Source of the DNA: Candidatus Undinarchaeota archaeon
GTDB lineage: Archaea > SpSt-1190 > JASMDC01
NCBI GenBank assembly: GCA_964519305.1
Contig: CAZFHY010000012.1
Location: forward strand, 32,001 to 96,000
Length of the DNA: 64,000 nucleotides
Reading direction: 5' to 3'
A model generated the notes under the pieces. The model saw only the letters and a program-made list of their open reading frames with translations. It had not been told where the DNA came from and did not search any database. This document shows, one piece after another, positions 57,801 through 64,000 of the stretch (positions within the stretch are counted from its first letter, which is position 1; every line of letters begins with the position of its first letter). Both the position numbers and the translations under genes were made by a program.

Positions 57801-59976
57801 GGAGGAGGGACCACGCGTCCGCGCGTTCTTCCCCGAGACGCTCTACGTCAATCCCCAGGTCATCACCGACGCACAGGGAAAGGCCGATATCTACGTCCCC
57901 TTGGCCGATTCCATCACGACCTGGAAGGTGGGTGCGATGGCCAACGCCATGAGCGGGGAACTGGGCTCGACCGAGGCAGGGATCCTCGTGTTCCAGGACT
58001 TCTTCGTTGACATCGACTTCCCCGTGTTCCTCACCCAGAACGATACCGTGAGCGTACCGCTGACGATTTACAACTACCTGGACACCGAGCAGGAGGTGCG
58101 GCTGGTAGTGGAGGAGGATCCTGACGACCGGTGGTTCACTCTCCAAGATAGGCTGCTGCCCCTGAGCGATCCATCGAAGCGCGAGATCATAGTCACGCTC
58201 GGTGCCAACGACATAATCTCGGCACATCTTTCCCTTCGGGCGGACACCATCGGCAAGCACAACCTCACCGTGTTCGCCTACGGGACCGGATCGTCCGATG
58301 CCGTGCGCCGTGAGGTGGAGATCCTGCCCAACGGCCGCGAGTTCCGCACCAGCACATCAGCCCGTTTGGATGAGGGTTCAGTGACCGTGCCCCTCACCGT
58401 TCCGGCCGATGCGATCCCTGACAGCTACAAGGCCGTTCTCAAGCTCCACCCCGGCGTGATGAGCCAGATCGTCGAGGGGCTCGACGGGATGCTCAAGATG
58501 CCCCACGGATGCTTCGAGCAGACCTCGTCCACGACGTACCCCAACATCATGGTGCTCCAGTACCTGCGCGAGACAAAGCAGGCCAATCCCGAGCTGGAAC
58601 TGAAGGCCGAGAACTTCATCGGCGTGGGCTACCAGCGCCTACTGAGCTTCGAGACCTCGACGCCCGGCGGGTTCGACTGGTTCGGCAGACCGCCTGCCAA
58701 GCTCCTGCTCACGGCCATGGGCCTGCAGCAGTTCAGCGACATGGCCAAGGTGTACGAGGTGGACCCGGACGTCATCGACCGGACACAGAGGTATCTTCTC
58801 TCAGAGCAGAAGCCCGATGGCTCGTGGGAGCCGCAGGGTGCCATGTTCGAGATGACCACACGGGAGAAGTCACTGACGGGCACCACGTGCTATCTGGTGT
58901 GGAGCCTGCTCGAATCAGGCCTAGACCATGATCACAGGGCGTTCTCCCGTGCGTTGGGCTATATCCGGGATAACATCAACCCGGCCACGGACGACATGTA
59001 CACCATCGCTCTCTGCGTTAGCGCAATGGTCGAGTACGACGTCTCCGATTCGCTCACGACCGAGCTCCTCGACCAGGCCGTCGACAGGGCTACGGTCAAG
59101 GACGACATGGCGTGGTGGGTCTCTAAGGATATGGGCGAGCCGCGCGGGTTCACGGGTTCGGGCGGCAAGACCAAGAGCCTCGAGGATAGCGCTATGATCG
59201 CGCTCGCCCTCATCAATGCAGGCCACTCCCCCCAGCTGGTCACCAAGGCACTGGCGTTCATCACATCGGAAAAGGACAGCTTCGGCAAGTGGGGCTCCAC
59301 GTACGCCACGGTGCTCAGCCTCAAGGCGCTGATGGGCTCGTCGCTCAAGGCCAAGGAGAGCGCTGATGCCACCATCACCGTGAAGGTCGACGGCACCGAG
59401 GTCCGCACCCTACACGTCACGAAGGAGAACGCCGACATCATGCACCTGGTATCCCTGGGCGACGAACTGGCACCTGGGGCGCACACCGTCGAGCTGGTCA
59501 CAGAAGGCGGCGGGCTGCTCCACTATCAGGTCGTGGGCTCGTACTACCTGCCATGGTCGCACCCGACGGTGCTCGCCGAGCGTTCCGCGCAGGACATGGT
59601 CGGGTTCTCTCTCAAGTACGACAGGACCGAGCTGGCCACCAACGACATGGTGACCGCTGACGTCAAGGTATGGAACAACGGCGCCGGCGTGGCGCCCTTC
59701 GTCGTCGCCGACATGGGCATCCCGCCCGGATTCGCCGTCGTGGCCGAGGACCTCGAGGCCCTCAAGCAGAAGGGTATCATCTCGCGATATTCGGTCAAAC
59801 CGCGTCAGGCCATCCTCTACATCCAGAACCTGGACAATGAGGGGCTGAGATTCGACTACCGGCTGGTGGCTCTCTACCCTGTGAAGGCCACCGCCCCACG
59901 GTCCATTGTGTACGACTACTACCGCCCGGACGCCAAGACCGAGGCACCGCCCGTGGACATGATCATCACGGGATAA
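54838..59976 (+). CDS. Alpha-2-macroglobulin family thioester protein with internal polytopic membrane domain
   Basis: STDKPLYQPG, YVLPKF, TDRGVYRVG, VDESVFAL, VRAFFPETL, LADSITTW, PHGCFEQT, DGSW, YDYY.P; N-terminal signal/anchor; ATG 54838. Confidence 0.95.
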   Translation: MGRYLVAIMLVILFLGANHFMAYRASTMEERIDQYDTIVLGQAAVQPGAPQAIRVVARHVGTDKPRPDEAVKVYIASKDKPREKKLMFEGKTNTEGTSAPKFVAPEEEGTYTLIIESGTDTHEAVLTVKRKAKVLLSTDKPLYQPGQLVHVRALALSSIDARPLAATNATFELEDPKGNKVYRKVITTSEYGIASVSIALAPELILGRYRVTVTANGVESQKSIRVERYVLPKFRVALETDRSFYKPNDKLEGTITARYFFGKPVSKGEAEVVFYTVDIAERELHSWKGTTDEMGQVKFTYTLPAAFHGTELEKGSALLFLNVSVTDRGDHAEEIVRQFPISTSDIVIDIIPESGHLNFNFLNVMYVATSTPDGVPVPATVEVNGDTDFTTTIKTGNLGLGSFKFRPENSNPLLILEATDAERRTGSKKWRYREGRERRDYELERSTILVRTDRGVYRVGDTATVTVLHSGASPAAYVDLVKDGQTVDARSISLKEGQGEAVFDIDASMAGQLIVHAYHTTRSTTVERATRRIVVLPADQLAVSVGTDRESYKPGEFAKLSVATERKGEGVPAAVGLTIVDESVFALEEAKAGFERMAFYLGRELAKPRFTVYGFNPMAPERPAPVPDVVKVEEDIQIAEQVFLARNAPDAKIGKFGIQVSTREEKEAQVKEAKRSFYRNQSLLLSLVCLLAGLASVGAFVRGTEEGRWAAIKDLVKGVVLVGVVIGSLIAFVYMLDWVDDGIRDINYRERGGPQGVLLLTFFLMSVTLWRLQHVRAAGFYARFIAGILFPIAVLGIMAAGTMVRSPIVIVACVAVLGAYVLRSLFTLYNAAVTDTVLSGVKNHLFALVVFMMVIIAMPVIFSYTHDNPFDEDRTTVVFLLASTLLMLPFSGLAARNMRQHTKLALPMLISAFGIALPLLILSFFMMAMPAIRSVNMGMQDEVSDTMRERILNDIKSAPEKQIMTSFSMGKGDMEVEFLDEAGGDGAEEEGPRVRAFFPETLYVNPQVITDAQGKADIYVPLADSITTWKVGAMANAMSGELGSTEAGILVFQDFFVDIDFPVFLTQNDTVSVPLTIYNYLDTEQEVRLVVEEDPDDRWFTLQDRLLPLSDPSKREIIVTLGANDIISAHLSLRADTIGKHNLTVFAYGTGSSDAVRREVEILPNGREFRTSTSARLDEGSVTVPLTVPADAIPDSYKAVLKLHPGVMSQIVEGLDGMLKMPHGCFEQTSSTTYPNIMVLQYLRETKQANPELELKAENFIGVGYQRLLSFETSTPGGFDWFGRPPAKLLLTAMGLQQFSDMAKVYEVDPDVIDRTQRYLLSEQKPDGSWEPQGAMFEMTTREKSLTGTTCYLVWSLLESGLDHDHRAFSRALGYIRDNINPATDDMYTIALCVSAMVEYDVSDSLTTELLDQAVDRATVKDDMAWWVSKDMGEPRGFTGSGGKTKSLEDSAMIALALINAGHSPQLVTKALAFITSEKDSFGKWGSTYATVLSLKALMGSSLKAKESADATITVKVDGTEVRTLHVTKENADIMHLVSLGDELAPGAHTVELVTEGGGLLHYQVVGSYYLPWSHPTVLAERSAQDMVGFSLKYDRTELATNDMVTADVKVWNNGAGVAPFVVADMGIPPGFAVVAEDLEALKQKGIISRYSVKPRQAILYIQNLDNEGLRFDYRLVALYPVKATAPRSIVYDYYRPDAKTEAPPVDMIITG

Positions 59977-59985
59977 AGAAAGGAT

Positions 59986-60014
59986 GGGGAGGGGACGTGC
60001 CCCCTCCCCTTTCT
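59986..60014. terminator. Hairpin between convergent genes
   Basis: GGGGAGGGG...CCCCTCCCC followed by TTT. Confidence 0.6.
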
Positions 60015-60027
60015 CAGATATGCGCGG

Positions 60028-60600
60028 CTACTCCTCGATGACCTTGATGGTCGGCCGCATCTTGTAGCTGTCCTTGCCAGCGGCGTGGATCGACTCGGCG
60101 GCGTCGAAGTCCAGTGTGAGCACCTTCTCCTTCCCCTCCTCGAGGGTGAAGGGCTTGATGAGCTTCACCGTACCCGACGATATCTCCAGGTCGTGCTCGG
60201 TACCGTCGATGGTCACCTTTGCGCTGTCCACGGTCAAACGGATCTGCGTGTACTTGCCCGCGGTGAGGTTAGCACTGCCGAGCATCTCCTTGACGCCCTT
60301 GATTGCGATCAGGTCGAATGTCTTCGCCTCCTCGACGATGACCGACCAGCCGGTCTCGGTCGTTACGTTCGGGTCCTCGTCCGCCGATCCGGCGATGTGG
60401 ACCTGCACCTTCGAGATGGTCACGATGGCCTTCTCGATGTTCAGTTCGGGTGGAGCGTCGGTTATCTTCATCGTCAGAGTAGCAAAGCTCCCCGATGTAT
60501 CTCCGGCGTCCACCTCCGGCGCATCGCCCCCGCTGGTACATCCGGTGACGGCCACGAGGCCGATGAGCAGCAGCGCTGCGATCAGTGTGTTCCTTTCCAT
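60028..60600 (-). CDS. DUF4382 lipoprotein
   Basis: Lipobox VAVTGC, ITDAP, FDL, AGKYTQIRL, LDFDA..S. Confidence 0.92.
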   Translation of the reverse strand: MERNTLIAALLLIGLVAVTGCTSGGDAPEVDAGDTSGSFATLTMKITDAPPELNIEKAIVTISKVQVHIAGSADEDPNVTTETGWSVIVEEAKTFDLIAIKGVKEMLGSANLTAGKYTQIRLTVDSAKVTIDGTEHDLEISSGTVKLIKPFTLEEGKEKVLTLDFDAAESIHAAGKDSYKMRPTIKVIEE

Positions 60601-60764
60601 GTTGTTCAGCTCTTTAACATGCCCGCCTTGGCCACCAGGGGCAGGTACCCGGCTCGACATCGAGCTTTAAATGAGTATTGTCGGGGTGAAGAATCGAAAA
60701 AAGGGTGAGAAGGGGGACACAAGGTCCCCCCTCCCGTTCTCTTGACCACCAGGATCTATATGTC

Positions 60765-61304
60765 CTATTCCTGGATGATCTTGATGGTCGGCTTCAGCTG
60801 GTACTTGTCGCCAGCAGCGTGGATCGACTCGGCAGCATCGAAGTCCAGGGTCAGAACTGTCTCCTGGTCCGCAACGATATCGAAACCCTTGGTAAGCTTG
60901 AGCTTGTCCGAGGGTACGTTGAGATCGTGCTCGGTGCCGTCGATGGTCACCTTTGCGCTGTCAAGGCTCAGGCGGACCTGAGTGTACTTACCGGCCTCGA
61001 GGTCGGCGGTACCCAGCATCTCCTTGACGCCCTTTATCTCGATAAGGTCAAAGGTCTTGGACTCCTCGACCACAGTGTGCCATCCGGCCTCCATGGTGGC
61101 GTTGGGGTCCTCATCGGCCCCGCCAGCCTTGTGCACCTGGATCTTGGAGAGGGTCACTACGGCCTTCTCGATGTTCAGCTTGGGGGGCGCGTCCGTGATC
61201 TTCATGGTGAGCGTCCCGGTGCTTCCACCTTCCCCGCCAGTGCAGCCTGAGAGGGCCACGATACTGACGAGCAGCAGCGCTGCGATCATTGTGTTCTTTT
61301 CCAT
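60765..61304 (-). CDS. DUF4382 lipoprotein (tandem paralog)
   Basis: Lipobox VALSGC; highly similar to 60028-60600. Confidence 0.92.
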   Translation of the reverse strand: MEKNTMIAALLLVSIVALSGCTGGEGGSTGTLTMKITDAPPKLNIEKAVVTLSKIQVHKAGGADEDPNATMEAGWHTVVEESKTFDLIEIKGVKEMLGTADLEAGKYTQVRLSLDSAKVTIDGTEHDLNVPSDKLKLTKGFDIVADQETVLTLDFDAAESIHAAGDKYQLKPTIKIIQE

Positions 61305-61403
61305 ATCTTCCAACTCACATAGCGCCCTTCCTTTGCCACCGTAGGCCGCTGGTCGGGCCTGTGACCTCTAGCATTTAAGAACTTATGTTCGAGTGGCCTC
61401 ATC

Positions 61404-61889
61404 ATGGACCCTGACCCCGGGACACAAGGGATCACCGTACGTCCACTGGACCCCGCCGACCGTGACGATGTGTCCTCTGTCATCGAGCTCGACCGGGCCT
61501 TCACCACAGAGTTCTTCCCCGACAGGGTCTGGGACGGCGACGGACGGGAACGCGAGCTGTGCGAGAGCCTTGCGAGGGGCGAGCGCGTGGTGGTGGCCTG
61601 CGATGGCGAACGCGTCATCGGGGCCGCATGGTACAGGTTCACCCGCGACCGGTGGAGCGGCGAGCAGGTGTGCCGCCTCTCCTTCATCGCCGTCGACCGG
61701 GACGCTCGTAACAAGGGTGTGGGTCGGTCGCTGATGGACCACGTCAAGGCCGATGCACAGCACGAGGGATGCTCCGTTCTGGAAGTATCGGTGAACTATG
61801 GCAACGACCGGGCCGCCGGTTTCTACGAGCTCTGTGGCTTCGTCCCCGCGCGGCGCGTGCTCCGTCTCCCCTTAAAAACCAAGCTATAA
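61404..61889 (+). CDS. GNAT acetyltransferase
   Basis: IAVDRDARNKGVGRSLM, N..A..FY...GF. Confidence 0.93.
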   Translation: MDPDPGTQGITVRPLDPADRDDVSSVIELDRAFTTEFFPDRVWDGDGRERELCESLARGERVVVACDGERVIGAAWYRFTRDRWSGEQVCRLSFIAVDRDARNKGVGRSLMDHVKADAQHEGCSVLEVSVNYGNDRAAGFYELCGFVPARRVLRLPLKTKL

Positions 61890-61955
61890 AAAACACGAGC
61901 GCGGATTGTACTCCTAGCAGGTAGAAGAAGGTCTATCGAGCGGAGGGTACTGATA

Positions 61956-64000
61956 GTGGAAGGACCGGTCGGGAAGCGTGGTATTCTTCTTCTACTTACT
62001 GCGCTCCTCGTCCTGTACCTTCTGCCCGCCCCAGGCCTTGCCGCCTGCGATCCCGCATGTAACGACTGTCAGGACTGCGTCAGCGATGCCTGCCAGGCAA
62101 AGACCGGCGGTAAATGCTGCGGTGGCACCTGGTACAGCGGGAAGGACTGCTGCAACGACAACGACTGCGGTGGATGCGAGAAATGCAGCAACCGCAAGTG
62201 CGAGAACGTAGGATGCAGCTCATGCAAGGAGTGCAACAACAACCACGGGTGCCAGGACAAGAGCGGCGGTGAGTGCTGCGGGGGTACGTGGTACTCGGGA
62301 GGCAATTGCTGCTCGAACTCGGATTGCGGTGCGTGCAAGAAATGCAACAGCCAGAAGAAGTGCACCGGCTGGAAGTGCGGTGGCGGGGGCTACAGCTGTG
62401 CCGTTGGGAGCGCCAACTGGTGCTCGAAGTGCGCCAACAGCAACGGGGACAACGATGCCAACAGCTGCGTGTGCAAGGGTGGCGTGTGGAAGGCCGACAA
62501 GTGCTGCGGCGACGACGGTGCATCGGACGACTATTGCTCGGGCACGAACTATTGCTTCGATGGCAGCTGGTATACTAATCCCGATAACAAGAAGTACGGG
62601 TGCGAGACCTGCGCTAGCAAGGTATGGCTCAACAGCAAGTGCTGCGGCGATGACGGTGCGTCGGACGACTACTGTGCTGGCACCGTGAACTTCTGTCTCG
62701 ATGGCGTAAAGTACACCGATCCTGACAAGAAGAAGTACGGGTGCGAGACCTGCGCGTCCAAGACCTGGCTCGACAGCAAGTGCTGCGGCGACGATGGCGG
62801 TGCCACCGACACCTACTGCGAAGGGACCGGTAAGTACTGTGAGGCGGGCACCCCACACAACGATCCTGACGAGTCCGAGTACGGGTGCGTCACCTGCGGG
62901 AGCAAGATATGGCTCAGCGACAAGTGCTGCGGTGACGACGGAGGGACCACCGACACCTACTGCGGTCCGGTCAACAAGTACTGCGAGTCGGGCGTCTACA
63001 AGACGGACTATGATAAATCGTCCTACGGCTGCCAGACCTGCGGCTCAAAGCTCTGGTCGACCCAGGAAACCACATGCTGCGGTGACGACGGGGCCCCCGA
63101 CGATTTCTGTGCCGCCACCTCGTCCTGGTACTGCCTGACCGGGTCCAAGACCGTGGACGGCGATGACTCGGCGAACGCGTGCACCTGCATCTTCGGTGCC
63201 GACCACTGGGCCCGCTCCACGTGCTGCGATGATCAGGGGGAGGACTTCTGCCAGAGCGCCACCTCCGGTGCAGGCACTTGGTACTGCGACGACGGTACAC
63301 GTGAGCCCGATGCCGACACGAGCCAGCCCGCCTGCGACTGCGAGGCCGGTGCCAACCTCTACACCAACAAGAACAGCGGTAGCAAGCGCTGCTGTGGTGG
63401 CAACGCCGAGGAGGCGGGGGAGACCTGGTGCGAGAGCCCGACGGCGGGCAGCGGCACCTGGTACTGCGACGGCGCCGTGCGAATGGATGACGCCGACTAT
63501 AAGCAGGAGTACTGCGACTGCGAGGCCGGCCTGAACCTCTTCACGGCAAAGAACGCAGGTGCCAACAAGTGCTGCGGCGGCGTCAACGAGGAGGCCGGAG
63601 AGACATGGTGCGAGAGCCCTACTGCTGGTAGCGGTGACTGGTACTGCGAGAGTGCTACTCGCAAGGACGATGCCGATGCCAAGGTTGAGTACTGTGACTG
63701 CGAGGCCGGCCTCAACCTCTACACCACGAACAACGCGGGCTCGAACAAGTGCTGCGGGGGGACCAATGAGGAGGCCGGCGAGACATGGTGCGAGAACCCT
63801 ACGAACGGTGCCGGCACCTGGTACTGTGACGGCGCCGTGCGAATGGACGATGCCGACTACAAAAAGGAGTACTGCGACTGCGAAGCGGGCACCAGTCTTT
63901 ACTCGGCCAAGAACAGTGGTGCGAACAAATGCTGCGGCGGTGTCAACGAGGAGCCCGGCGAGATATGGTGCGAGAGCCCTACGCCCGGTGAGGGCGACTG
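61956..64000 (+). CDS. Large secreted Cys-rich repeat protein (partial, runs off window end)
   Basis: GTG start with GGAGGG RBS; signal peptide ...LLPAPGLA; open frame to 64000 with CCGG, CCGDD and 60-aa repeats. Missing from the ORF track because there is no stop. Confidence 0.9.
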   Translation, partial: MEGPVGKRGILLLLTALLVLYLLPAPGLAACDPACNDCQDCVSDACQAKTGGKCCGGTWYSGKDCCNDNDCGGCEKCSNRKCENVGCSSCKECNNNHGCQDKSGGECCGGTWYSGGNCCSNSDCGACKKCNSQKKCTGWKCGGGGYSCAVGSANWCSKCANSNGDNDANSCVCKGGVWKADKCCGDDGASDDYCSGTNYCFDGSWYTNPDNKKYGCETCASKVWLNSKCCGDDGASDDYCAGTVNFCLDGVKYTDPDKKKYGCETCASKTWLDSKCCGDDGGATDTYCEGTGKYCEAGTPHNDPDESEYGCVTCGSKIWLSDKCCGDDGGTTDTYCGPVNKYCESGVYKTDYDKSSYGCQTCGSKLWSTQETTCCGDDGAPDDFCAATSSWYCLTGSKTVDGDDSANACTCIFGADHWARSTCCDDQGEDFCQSATSGAGTWYCDDGTREPDADTSQPACDCEAGANLYTNKNSGSKRCCGGNAEEAGETWCESPTAGSGTWYCDGAVRMDDADYKQEYCDCEAGLNLFTAKNAGANKCCGGVNEEAGETWCESPTAGSGDWYCESATRKDDADAKVEYCDCEAGLNLYTTNNAGSNKCCGGTNEEAGETWCENPTNGAGTWYCDGAVRMDDADYKKEYCDCEAGTSLYSAKNSGANKCCGGVNEEPGEIWCESPTPGEGD

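Noticed and set aside
4478-60732. G/C-run hairpins (4478, 11316, 59986, 60711) as a REP/MITE family
   Set aside because: They share only low-complexity G/C runs and lie at gene 3' ends; treated as terminator-like.
60028-61304. DUF4382 tandem pair as a diversity-generating or phase-variable system
   Set aside because: Differences are spread evenly, with no adenine-specific pattern, reverse transcriptase or recombinase; an ordinary duplication.
61978-63715. Multiple short ORFs listed in the track
   Set aside because: Alternative frames of the single long Cys-rich gene starting at 61956.
63360-64000. 180-nt periodic repeats as a CRISPR array or non-coding tandem repeat
   Set aside because: Repeats are in-frame, vary at synonymous positions and encode Cys-rich protein units; there is no repeat-spacer structure.

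Overview
GC-rich archaeal chromosomal segment; the lineage cannot be fixed from sequence alone, but the Cys-rich CCGDD and D-x-CY repeat surface proteins are suggestive of a DPANN-like group. Housekeeping content: dnaG, gltX, tRNA-Arg(GCG), a small eS32/eL41 gene missed by the ORF track, queC, an Rpp30-Pop5-PsmA-SBDS-Rrp4-Rrp41-Rrp42-uS2-MEMO1 operon, pfdA, hutI, corA, a xanthine dehydrogenase-family pair and Trk/RCK proteins. No CRISPR array, transposase or integrase was seen. Most notable: (1) four proteins carrying three unrelated kinds of cargo, at two loci 14 kb apart, share an ungapped acidic N-terminal leader DLExxG[YV]A-x6-[GA]Y-x3-DD[LI] followed by a hydrophobic helix, a candidate undescribed export/sorting signal; (2) a thioester alpha-2-macroglobulin carries an approximately 8-helix membrane domain at the bait-region position; (3) the exosome Rrp41 has lost its phosphorolytic motifs; (4) a tandem micro-protein cassette has identical upstream boxes and a covarying 3' hairpin; (5) a second orphan domain family (MLYEIG..YL); (6) a large Cys-rich repeat protein runs off the window end. 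All family assignments are from motif recognition by eye; no searches were run.
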